A stretch of DNA of 64,000 bases, from positions 62,001-126,000 of the forward strand of contig NIVC01000461.1 in NCBI GenBank assembly GCA_002269645.1, given 5' to 3'. Within the stretch, counting starts at the first letter, position 1. The number at the start of each line of letters is the position of its first letter. The translations under genes were made by a program, and so were the position numbers. The notes below the pieces were generated by a model. That model was not told where the DNA came from. It saw nothing but the letters and a program-made list of their open reading frames with translations, and did not search any database. This DNA is from Macrostomum lignano. Its lineage: Eukaryota. Positions 51,401 to 62,214 of this stretch are shown in pieces.

Positions 51401-53850
51401 TCTGCAAGCAATGTTCGGCAAGCAAAATTCGGCAAGCAAAGTTCGGCAAGCAAAGCTCGGCAAGCAAAGTTCCTGCAAGCAAAGTTCGGCAAGCAAAGTT
51501 CCTGCAAGCAAAGCTCGGCAAGCAAAGCTCGGCAAGCAAAGTTCGGCAAGCAAAGTTCGGCAAGCAAACTTCCTGCAAGCAAAGTTCGGCAGGCAAATTT
51601 CCTGCAAGCAAAGTTCGGCAAGCAAATTTCCTGCAAGCAAAGTTCGGCAAGCAAAATTACTGCAAGCAAATTTCCTGCAAGCAAAGTTCGGCAAGCAAAA
51701 TTACTGCAAGCAAATTTCCTGCAAGCAAAGTTCGGCAAGCAATGTTCGGCAAGCAAAGTTCGGCAAGCAATGTTCGGCAAGCAAAGTTCGGCAAGCAAAA
51801 TTCGGCAAGCAAAGCTCGGCAAGCAAAGCTCGGCAAGCAAAGTTCGGCAAGCAAACTTCCCGCAAGCAAACGTCGTACTCCCAGCTGGTTGAAGGCCGGC
51901 TCGGCTCCGGGCATCCACTAGAAGGGCATCGGCGCAGAGTCTTTAAGGTCCGGGGTACCGGCCAGTCCCACACAGCCGTGGTCTTGCACTCATCGATGGT
52001 GATGCCGGTCTTGCTGACGCTGTGGCCCAAGGACTATCATGCTGGTATTCGCAAATCCAGCACTTTTACGGCTTAAGACGCAGGTTGAATTAACGCAGTC
52101 GCTCTAAAACTGGCCGCAACCGTTCTTTGTGCCGGCCGATGGTCTGGCCCATCACGATGACGTCGTCAATGAACGCAAGACAGCCCTGCCACGTAAGTCC
52201 TCAGAGCACCAGCTGCATGAGCCGCTGAAACGTGGCCGGTACATTCCGTAGTCCGAACGGCATCACGTTGAACTCAAACAAGCCTTCATGGCACACAAAC
52301 GCCATCTTCTCATTGTCCCGGTCGGCCATCACAACTTGCTGGCAGCCGCTTTCGAGATCCAGCTTTGAGAAGTACGAGCTAGCTGTTTTCTTCGAGAGCG
52401 TCTAGTGTCATCGATGCGGGGCATCGGGAAGGCATTGGGCTCGGTCACAGCGTTCAGCAAGCAGTAGTCAAAGCAAAATTTGGCCGACACGTCCTTCTTG
52501 CGAAACAAAACGATTGGAAACGCACAAGGGGACGATGATGGTCGGACGACACATTTGGGAGCCAGGCGCCGCAGTCCTTAGCGAATTGGCCTGGCGTCGC
52601 CTGTGTCGATCTCGTGCTTCAACAAGTGAGCCTGGGATTCTGGGGCCTGCGAAGACTTTGCTGAACTCTAGCAGGTGGTGTTCAACTTTTTGCCGTTCCT
52701 TAGTTGGGATGTCATCAGCGATTTGCACCTCGTCCTGGCCAGGTCATTGCAGTAGTCGAATCCACCTCGCTGCCATTGCCAGATCCTCCGGCTTGCAGGT
52801 GCGCCAGGGCTCGACCAGACAGCGAGCTGAAGTTGCCAACGATGTCGCCCTCCTTGATCTTGACTGCCTCATCGCTACTGTTTATGAATGCAACCCCCAT
52901 TCCGTGATCAGCCAGCTTGGACACGCTGCAGTCAATCATCACTTTAGCCGCCTTGCTGCTGCAGACGACGCCTGGTGCCTCCGAGTTCGTCCACGCTGCC
53001 GCGCTCGCTGGCCGCACCGGGATGATCCAGTCATCGCCTGGCCGCAGTCGAGCCGCCGCTGCCGCCAGCTTGTACGTCTGGGCCACCTGCCTGGATGTCC
53101 GCATCGGCAAGGTCACGCCGAGGCCGTTAAACTCGAGGATGCCTGATCTCAGGTGAATTGAAATATCAGATTTGTTGATGAAGTCGCATTCAATGATAAC
53201 CAGTGCGCTGAGGCCGGCCACCGTCAGGAACCTGTGTCGAAAATGAAGCGAACCAAGAAAAAAAATTTAGCTCGTATCTTCGCCCAGCAATGTTGCTCGA
53301 TTGCCGCCCACGCCAAAGATGGTTGTTGAGCTGGGTCTCAGCTGCCGCCTGAGCCTGGCAGAGCGCACGATGTCGCTGCTGATGCAGGAGATCTCGGCAT
53401 CCGTGTCGATCGTGCACTGCTGGCGTCTTCTGAGCATGCGTGCGGTGATGAAGCGCACTTGGTCAAGCTGGCAGCTGGGGCTTGGGGGGCAGGGCCGAAC
53501 TGCATAGTGCTGAGAGGCCCGGTGCTGGCCTATTGGACCAACCCCCAACCCAGCGTTTGGGCACCTCGGGAGGATGTGGCCAGGCTGATGGCAGCCGTAG
53601 CAGATGGGCTGTTGTTGGTGTGCAACGACGTCAGCTGGTCTCCATGGTGGCGCCGGGGCCGCCTGCGCTCGGTGAGCCGCTGTCTGATGATGCTTTGTCG
53701 GCTGTGTCCCATGCGGCGACCGGCTTTCCATCAGTGTTGACTGAGTCGGTTCCTATGCAGCTGACGTCTCGGCGCTGCGGTGCTGCGACGGGGAATTCAT
53801 GATCTGCCGGGTCTCGCGCACTTGCTGGGCATAGTACAGGGCCTGATCCG
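48490..53850 (-). mobile_element. Disrupted GC-rich Ty3/Gypsy retrotransposon (gag, protease, RT, RNase H, integrase) interrupted by a foldback element; LTRs not identified
   Basis: Gag knuckle CYGCHQPGHILPRC; protease-like IDTDAEIS; [34 protein letters not shown]...CLAFIDDV; RNase H FILDTDAIDYAISAVLSQ and ARWLQLLDEFNFEVVFRRGRQHGTADALSR; integrase RVGIDTV and KTRTSGYHPQC. Confidence 0.92.
49498..51882. mobile_element. Foldback (FB/MULE-like) non-autonomous element, 2385 bp, with arms built from 14-bp tandem repeats
   Basis: Exact 9-bp TSD AGCTGGTTG (49489..49497 and 51883..51891); GGG...CCC ends; left arm (TTGCTTGCCGAACT)n at ~49505..49815 and right arm (AGTTCGGCAAGCAA)n at ~50430..51870. 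Removing the element restores Gypsy AFNQLKQ. Confidence 0.92.
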
Positions 53851-55353
53851 GTGTAGTGCTTTTGCCAAAGCCACTGTTCTACTAGCTAGATCCTACACGC
53901 TTTTTACTGGACAATTACTGGTGAAGACAATAAAGATCTGTCTGTCCCCCTAAACACTTCCTGAACTTGCATGCGCCCTGCTGTCCTAAGTTGTTTTTGT
54001 TTGCTATTTTCCCAGGCAGCGACAATAGCAAAGTTAATCTTAGTCATAGCGCAAGTCTGAAGATTTATTCTACTAACTACATAGCACGGATCACAACAAT
54101 ACGTACGTTGCAGATATTTCTAGCCGTGTGACCCCTGTGTCTGCCACGTGTTTCAGAAACAAAACAAGCGTGATAAAAATATTTCTATTCCTTTATCGAA
54201 ACATTCCTGAAAATCAAATTGCTTTGGTTATTTGTTAGCAAAACAAGGGCAGATTTGGGTTCTTTGCGAAGTCTTTGGGGAGGCGTGAATACGAGCAAGG
54301 ACAGGCACGCACTTATCGTTTCGTCGACTGACTGCTGGCTGGGGCCTAGATGTTTGCGTCGAAGGCTTGAGGCGCGCTCTGTGACGCTGCTGTTTTTCAT
54401 TTGAGATGTCTACGACAGAGCGTGATTTGTTGTTTGAACTCAGTTGGCTTTCGACTATTGACGAATCCTTAAGTCTAGGCTCAAGAACAGAAGACAGCCC
54501 GTGTACGAGCGAACCGATTACCGATATTAGATATTACTAAGCGATCAAAAATTCAGGGGGCTCAATACTCGTACATTGCGTGCCGCAGCATGGACTCATT
54601 TTCGGGGGGGGGGGGGAGGCACGTGCCCCGGTGCCGCAAACTCCCGCCGCCCATGTCCAGATACCTAATCTTAACCTAGAAATCTAACATCTGCCTCAAG
54701 GACAACTATAACGTAACTTCAGTTGTCCTTGATCTGCCTGTTGTTTAAAACATACGAGTATAGCACTACTTTTGAATTGTTTACAATGCTACCTGTTTAC
54801 GGCCTTTTTCTGAAACACACACACAACTGGTTCTAGTGCCGAAGTAGAAGTTTTGAGCTTCAAGCAACACAGCGGTTCAGGCTGGTGCTTATCTAAAAAT
54901 GAAACCGAAATAATCGAACTTCTGGCGATCCATTTATGTTATTCATCCATGGGGCACACACTAGCCCAGCTGGAAAACGCATTTCTGCTCTCTTTTTCGG
55001 CTGGACAGCCGCTCTGGATGGAGGGTAGCAACGGGGCTTGGAGAGATAGTCGCTGAGCTCTCTTCTCCTTCGCCAGGCAATGGTCGAAAGCCAATGGCTC
55101 ACAGTCCGTTTCCAATGCTTTCCGAACTCTTGGCAGGAAAGCCGGTTGAAGAAGTGATTTTTGTTGTGTGGCCAATCGGATAGGGATTAGTCAACTTAGC
55201 GCTGAGCAACTTTTTAATAGACTTTGTAGTAACTGGAGCTTCCTCTTCAAACCACGCACAACTACAGCGAGTGGAACTGAGCCCCGGCCCAGTCTTGAGC
55301 CAGAGAGGCATTTGAAAGCAAGAATAAATTTGAAAATGAGATTGAGTTCGGCT

Positions 55354-56020
55354 GTTCTTCTTCTTCTTCTTCTTCTTCTTCTTCTTCTTCTCTTCTTCTT
55401 CTTCTTCTTCTTCTTCAACCATTTTATCGCCGTGCGGCATGGGTCCCGGGGCTCTCTACGTTCGGCAATTCCTCCTATGCCTGGCCATGTTGGTCGCTGC
55501 TAACATACGTCCACAAAAATCACACCGTCGCTGCTTGCGTATGTGTTTCCGGACTACTTCTACGTTGTCTACGGTTGCCTCCAAAGGTGTCGTTAGGCGG
55601 TGCAAGTCCTCCGGTGTCGTGCTAAATTGCTCCTTGTGATCGATCTACCGCATCCGCCGCATACAACGAAACCAGATTTTGCCTCCTTTTCTCCACGGCA
55701 TACTTTTCGATGGTTGCGCCAGGTCGCCTCTTGTCCGAATGTCTTAGTACACCTATCGCACGTGAAGGTGACTGGTGCTGCTATGGTCCTATGCATCCTT
55801 TCTCTCTCGACTTCCTTCTCTCCTCGGGTTGTTTAGCCTGAGTTTTAGCGACTTTAGAGTCGGCTACTTTCTGCCGTCGTTGACAAAAAGGGTCGGTTGG
55901 TCGGGGCGGCCTGACCGCTTTTCCGGATCTCCGAACTCCTTTCCCTTGGGTCCATCTTTTCAGGACTACTCCCGTCCGCTTTCCGCCACAGAAGGCTGGC
56001 TGGACCACATTGGAAAGCGA
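55354..56020 (-). mobile_element. 3' end of a non-LTR retrotransposon (RTE-like) with a (GAA)n tail
   Basis: C-terminal zinc fingers FTCDRCTKTF...NHRKVC and CGGCGRSITRSNLARHRRTC; short 3' UTR followed by (CTT)n at 55354..55416 on the + strand. Confidence 0.7.
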
Positions 56021-56615
56021 TCCAAGGTTCGGCTGTTCTGGCGACGGTACCCGCTGCTTCGTCTTCTGCTTCTGCTCACCTCACCTGAGCGCCGAGTTCA
56101 GGAGCAGCGACCGGGGGAAGCGGCTGCAGCGACTGCGCGACCATCAGGATCGGCTGCGCAGCATCCTCATGATGGAAGGAGCAACAAGCTGGACGACAAA
56201 CTCCGCGATAAAGACAAGCTTGATGACGCCATCAACCAGTGCGCCGACATCAGCAGTCGACGGTCCCGGCGACTTTAACGCCCCGGTGTGGGGTCGACCC
56301 GAGCCAGCTGAACGCCGACGAGCGCGACCGATTCGAGGCTGACTGGCGCGACAGCGGCTTCAACGAGTTCAATCGCCAGCGATCGAATCGGACCGAGACG
56401 TCGCCTGCAAGACGTTCGGCCGCTGGCCTGCCGCAAGAATAACTGGACAGAGGCCGGCCTGCCCAATACCAGCGTCATCGTCCGCGCACACGAGGCCTGG
56501 CACTCCATGCTAGAGAGGTCGCCCTTCGAGCCTGCTGCAAGAGGTCATCCTGGTGGACGACGCATCGACTCGACCGCAGCTTGGCCGGTCTCTGGAGGAT
56601 TACCCGTCTGTCTGA
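56020..56615 (+). pseudogene. GALNT: Polypeptide N-acetylgalactosaminyltransferase (GALNT) 5' fragment with many frameshifts and deletions
   Basis: Across frames: type II anchor-like RLFWRRYPLLRLLLLL; GPG..PV; FNEF..SDRI; LPNTSVIV; EAW; LLQEVILVDDAS...LEDY, which is the GT-A start of family GT27. Confidence 0.8.
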
Positions 56616-57615
56616 GCTGGGTACCCGGACGAACACTCGGCTTAGATTAATATGGAATGCCGCCTGATCCATTCAGCTCGCGGACGTTGCCTCGCTTTGC
56701 TTCACTCGGCCATAGTGTTCGTAGCCTAGGCTTAGCGGCATTGCCTGCCGTGACAGCGAGGGCCAGCAGGGCGAACAAAAGAGCGATGGCGACTCCGGCT
56801 TATCCTGGGAGCTGCCGAAGCCGCTTGACCTGTCCGATGACCGGTCCGTGGAGTCAGGTGCTTCAGTACCACCTTCGAGAAGAATCAGCGGTGCTAAAGC
56901 AGCAGCGCCTTAGCAGCTCGTGAATTATCAGCGAACGAAATGCATTACGGAGTTCCATTCCAATTAGCGCAAGACAGGCATCGTCAAATGTGAGACTTTT
57001 AAAGTTACAAGCAGTGCGCGACGACATAGAAAAACTGTGTAATTTTGAGGGCCTGAAACTGGCATGGCAGATGGCCTTATGGTTGATAGACTACTACTTT
57101 TCAGTATCAAGTACTCTTTTTGTAAAGGTTTTTACGCAGAAAAGGAAAAATGGTTTAGCTTTGCTTGCATGCATTCCCCACGCTTAACCGTTACTCCAGT
57201 TCATTTTTGCCTCGGTTGTTAACTCAGGCGGAAAATCTAGGAATACAGTGCGTCAATGATGCAGCACCCGTGCGTAGTGAATATCATCCAGGATTATAAC
57301 TTTGCAAAGGACAATCTGCAATTGAAAGCCACAGCCGCTGTGTTCATCAAATCAGACGGTTAAATTAAAGAATTTCAGCGCAATGCAGGAGACCCCCTAG
57401 ACTTAGAAAATACAATAGGATGCGCACGTGTGCCAGCGATTCAAGTTGGACAGCGTGGTGTTGTTCCGACGTGCTCGTTTGCGCGGTTTCGCAGAATCAC
57501 GTGGCTTTGCTAAGCAGGTATAAGACGGCAACACTTTTGGAAACTCGAGGCCTGTTATCTCCCAAGCGGCCAGTTTGAGACAGATTTTGTACGAGCCCGT
57601 AGAATTTTAACAGTA

Positions 57616-58785
57616 GAAAGACCATGGGGGTGTATTTCAAATACACACATTTTCCTTTGTCTGTATCTCCAAAAATATTCAACCAATTACCATGAAAATC
57701 CAGAACACGGGATAAAATTTTCCGCTCTATTCGATGAAGCAACTTCGAGAATCACGAAAAATCGGCATCATCGAGATATTCAACGATTCTCCTCGGGGTG
57801 TCACGTAGCAAAAACCACCAACATTGGCAAAATTTTTCTGCTCACAAAATCTCATCATGAAACCACGTCGGCTCAACAAACTATGCATATCGGTCGTGAG
57901 GCCTTTGTTCTCAGCGTCCCAGGCACCAGGGTACCCCTCATCACCGTCTGGAGCAACGGCAGCGACCGTCGGGACCTTCAACAAAAGCACCCGATCGGCA
58001 TCTCAGAGACGGCTGCGTTCCCAAAACTGAAATGGAAGAATCCTCTTCTGCATGCAGCATTCAGTCAGTAGACACAATCGGTGAATGAAATAGACGATGG
58101 CGACCCTCTAGGCTGACCTGTAGACATACAGGCGACCTTCGGAACCTTCAACGGAGTGCCACCTTGCGGCCCTGACGATCCCCAACATCGTGATTTTTCT
58201 ATCAAGGCTCCAAACCAGGCATGTCTGCATATTATACAATGCATTTGTACCATGTTAAATTGGAGAGTTACAGATTTAACTGGCGACTGAAAAATAAAAT
58301 ATTTAATTTGTTAAAAATGATATTACAGTATGTCAAAAATGATATTACAGTATGTTGCATGCAGAAGAGGATTCTTCCATTTCAGTTTTGGGAACGCAGC
58401 CGTCTCTGAGATACCGATCGGGTTCTTTTGTTGAAGATCCCGACGGTCGCTGCCGTTGCTCCAGACGGAGATGAAGGGGACCCTGGTGCCTGGGATGCTG
58501 AGAACAAAGGCCTCTACGACAGGTGGACCCAGATTATTGAGCCAATATGGATTTACCATTAAGGTTTATACAGTGTAGTGTTGGTTGTCCTTGCCACCAG
58601 TGTCTTCGACAATAATCGTTGAATATCTCGACGATGCTGACGTCGGATGACTTTGAAAGTTGGTTCGTCGGAAAGGGCGGAAAATTTTGATCCATATGGT
58701 GGACTTTTACGAAAATCGGTTATTCGGTTTGCGAGCTATCGTGAAATGGGTCGTGTGTATTTGTAATACATTCTCGTGGTCTTTC
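57616..58785. repeat. Inverted duplication: arms ~57616..58060 and ~58352..58785, spacer ~290 bp; coding-like content of unknown family
   Basis: GCAACGGCAGCGACCGTCGGGA...CTCAGAGACGGCTGCGTTCCCAAAACTGAAATGGAAGAATCCTCTTCTGCATGC recurs reverse-complemented; outer parts are more diverged. Confidence 0.85.
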
Positions 58786-60582
58786 CCCATGGGGAAAAAT
58801 AGCGTGGTGTAGTGTGAGCATCTTTGCGTGTATTTTGTTGTAAATTGACTGCATTAGTTTCTATATTGTTATTGAATTGTTATTTTGCTTTAGTTTAGTC
58901 ATGCGTTTTTTGTGTACTTTTTCTAGTTGGTTGAAATCTAAAATGGTAAACAGGTTAGAGTTAGACGCCGTTTGTGACTCAGCGGAGGGTTGAGTTTGTC
59001 TGCGAACCCCAGCTTTGCGCGGCCAGCCAATCAGAACCGGCCTGGACCCTGGCACGCGGCAAGTTTCAATTTTACCCGGCGCCGCGGGCACAGTGCAATT
59101 CGGCTTAAGCAAGCGGCCGGCCAGACGACCACCACCCGGCTTGAGGGGGGTTTTGAGGGGTTGTGACTCTGACTATAAATGAAAGTGTGTTTTGGCAATC
59201 GGATCTCGCTTGCTCCCTTTCCCCGGTTTTGTCTTGTCCAGTTCCCGGCCGGTGGCCCGATTTCTCCTCTCTTGTTGGTTCGCGCTTTGAGGCGCCTGAA
59301 TTCATCACCCCGGTCCACATTTTTTTGTCCCCGCCCAACCGCAGTAGTCTTGTGGCGTAACGTCTACGGCAAATTTCTGTCTGAAGTCGTCGCTATCAAG
59401 CGCGGTTAGATAGAGACTGTCGGATCTGATCAAGTACGCGGCCTCGACCCCGAGGGCCTCAGTGTTACACTGAAGGGCAGTGCCGATAGAATTTAGTCGG
59501 TACTCCGTTGAACGGTCGGTTCGGCAGGGCTCTCGTTTGAGAGTAGGTTCTGGCTTAGGCCAGGGGTTAGGAGTCTTCTCCGTGGTCGTGTTCGGTTCTT
59601 CTCCTTCTTCTTCAAGCTGAGATCCGCTTGTCAGTGCGTATGCGTAATATAATCATTATTATTAATCGTTACTATTCGTTATCATCAGTCTAATTATCTG
59701 CGTCGCGAAATTGCTTGAATCCTGTAACTCGTATAACCGAATTAAACCGTCTAGCCAATTATCAGTTGTATCACATAGGATTATCACTCTCTAAATCTTT
59801 CGGTTTGTGTTCCCTCGTGTTCTTTATTTTCTTGTACCGTACCTGCGGCTATTGGAGAAAGACTGGTAGGACTCGCCGACCGGCGATAGGCGATTAGGAT
59901 TAATAGCTTTAAAATCTTCGAACGCTCCAAGTAGGTTTGTCTAGGGCCTAAAAAAAATTGCTTACCGTGCATGCTATTATCTAATTGCCTATTTATCACC
60001 GTGGTCTTTCTACTGTTAAGAGTCGTCATAACAACCGAAATGAGTGCGTCTGGAGTGTCCACGCGGGAATTAAAGGTTACGATTTGGTACAAGCCATTCC
60101 GCTTTTCGAGAGCAGCTCAGACTGCTGCTGCAACAGAGATACAAAGGCTGGCTTCTTCTGACCCGTTTCATTTTCATTTTAATAACAAGTTTTGAAGGGT
60201 CCTAATAATAGCGCGCGGTTAGACTGGTTCGCGATTAGCTTATGGTAATATGAGATCAAACGTACTTGTAGTATATTTTTATGGTATCTGCATCGTTGTT
60301 ATCAATATAAATAAAGCTGAAACCTTTGGTCACTGATTTGTTCACAGAGCGACGGAAGTCTTCTTTTTGGCTATAGATATTATTTTTAAAAATCAATATC
60401 CTGCCTCGTGCCTAACTAGAAACAACTCATTTCTTGCATATGTATCCCACTTTGCCTGTACGCCTTGTCTATGTCGCTAGCGGAGATTCTCACTAAGTAG
60501 CCTCTGCTGCCATAGACAATAAAATTAACGCCTTGAGCCAGAGTGAGGTTGATTGAACACTTTTTTCTACCATAGACAAAAC

Positions 60583-60763
60583 GTGTCCCGCGAATACAGG
60601 GAGCGGAGAATACTCATAATCTCCGCGAATCTAATCAATATTCTCCGCTCCTTGCATTCGTGGGATACATTTCAATAACCAACTGAAACGAGGAGAATGT
60701 ATGGCTCGGCTTCGCCAGCTCGGAGACTCTGCATGGACATTCTCCTCGTTTCAGTAGGTTATT
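60583..60763. repeat. Two abutting hairpins (60583..60668 and 60674..60763)
   Basis: CCCGCGAATACAGGGAGCGGAGAATA / TATTCTCCGCTCCTTGCATTCGTGGG and AATAACCAACTGAAACGAGGAGAATGT / ACATTCTCCTCGTTTCAGTAGGTTATT. Confidence 0.8.
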
Positions 60764-61012
60764 ATATATTGAATATGTTAGCAATTTCACATACAAGTGA
60801 TTAAGTTTTCCGTGTATGTTAGTAAATTAGATTGGATTGACTGTACATTAAAAAACCAAAATGCCACTCAAAAATGATACAATTGGTACAAACAAATTTT
60901 TAAGGTAAAACTGAAATTTTAATCTCAGACCTATTGTATTTTATGTTGCTTTTTCATACTAAAGTTACTTAATCGGCAACTAGTTCATAGTATCGATCTC
61001 TATCTTCTCGCC

Positions 61013-62214
61013 TCAATTCTTCACCGACAGAGTGCTGTAAATAGCATTAATCACACCCTTTGGCTCATTAACTGGCACAGTGTACACCGGTCCGCCGTCA
61101 GAAAATGTCAGCGTCTCCAAGACGCCACCATGAGAGGTAGCAGAGTCCGGGACGCGACACACAAACGGGTAGGTCAGAGCGAGTTCCTTGCAGTCGATTG
61201 ACACCGACTCAACCTTTGGATAGCGCTCAAACTTGTGGGAATAGTGCAGGCTGATGCATGCGTTCGAAAGCTTAATCGAGTAGGATAGAAATTTGAGCGC
61301 ATCTCTGGGCGAGTCGATCCAGCGGCCCATGAACGGCCTCTTATGCAGCGGGAAGGTCACAGTCTCTGGGTAGCGGTACTTCTTCCCAAAAGAGCCGAGC
61401 AAGTCAACAACCCAGCCGTCCTTCAGCTCGTAGAATGACAGGTCAATGAAGGGCCAGCAGCCGTGCCTGGCCACGTTAAGACAATGTGACTTGCTGGACA
61501 CTTTCCATCGACCAGCTTGCCTTAGGCGAAGGTCCGGGTGCCTGTTGATGTTGATTTTTTGTCTTTTGTAAGTAAAAATAAAGCACATGAAAAATACGAG
61601 TAATTAATTAAGTTTTGCACAAATTCATTTTTGGGACGCCTCAGAGAGAAATTCATTTTTGGGACGCCTCAGAGAGAAATTCATTTTTGAGACAGCTTAA
61701 GGAAAAACTGGAGCCAGAGTCGTGGCTATTTGCCTCGACTTGTGGCGAAAAGGTGAGACGACTTGACTACCAACAGTCTAATGTGGCGGGAACGCTAATA
61801 GTTGCTCGCAATGTCGATGCAGACTCACCCTTTCAGTGCTTCAATAAGTCTGCGCTTGTCGGCCTCCCTCATCAGCATGTCTACACCGTCATCCCATGTA
61901 ATGACGCCATGATGCCGGTACGAGCCTAGAAGTGTACCTCCATACAGCATCACCTGGATGTTGTGCTGTTTGCACAGGTCCAAAAACGCCCACAGCAGCT
62001 TGACAGTTGCTCGCAGTTCAGTCGCATTGATCTGCGGATCGAACAGGTCTCCTCGAGGCGGCGACCTAGCGCCCAGCATTCGAATGTAGAACTCAGAGGA
62101 AGGCAGCTGCGGCAGCTCAGCTGGCTGAGTGGTGTTCTCCGTGTTTTTCCTGCTGAAGCCTTGGTGCATTGTGGGACATTCATTATCGCTAACCGATTCC
62201 AGTGACTTTTTCGC
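61013..62214 (-). CDS. LicD/fukutin-family nucleotidyltransferase-fold protein; exons ~61829..62214 and 61013..~61562 (or 61541); 5' exon not located; possibly a pseudogene
   Basis: Motifs MLYGGTLLGSYRHHGVITWDDGVD and WPFIDLSFY. Donor AAAGG|gtgagt is phase 2 and joins the downstream ORF in frame at either acceptor. Confidence 0.8.

Noticed and set aside
49479-52076. Numerous QAKFGKQSSASKVR / LLAELCLPNFACRT ORFs
   Set aside because: Products of the 14-bp arrays of the foldback element.
55099-55503. Poly-K/E/R and poly-L/F ORFs
   Set aside because: Translations of the (GAA)n LINE tail.
59640-59700. Hammerhead ribozyme core (CTGATGA on the minus strand)
   Set aside because: Followed by CGAAT rather than GAAA, with no stem II. 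Other CTGANGA hits I checked also lacked stems.
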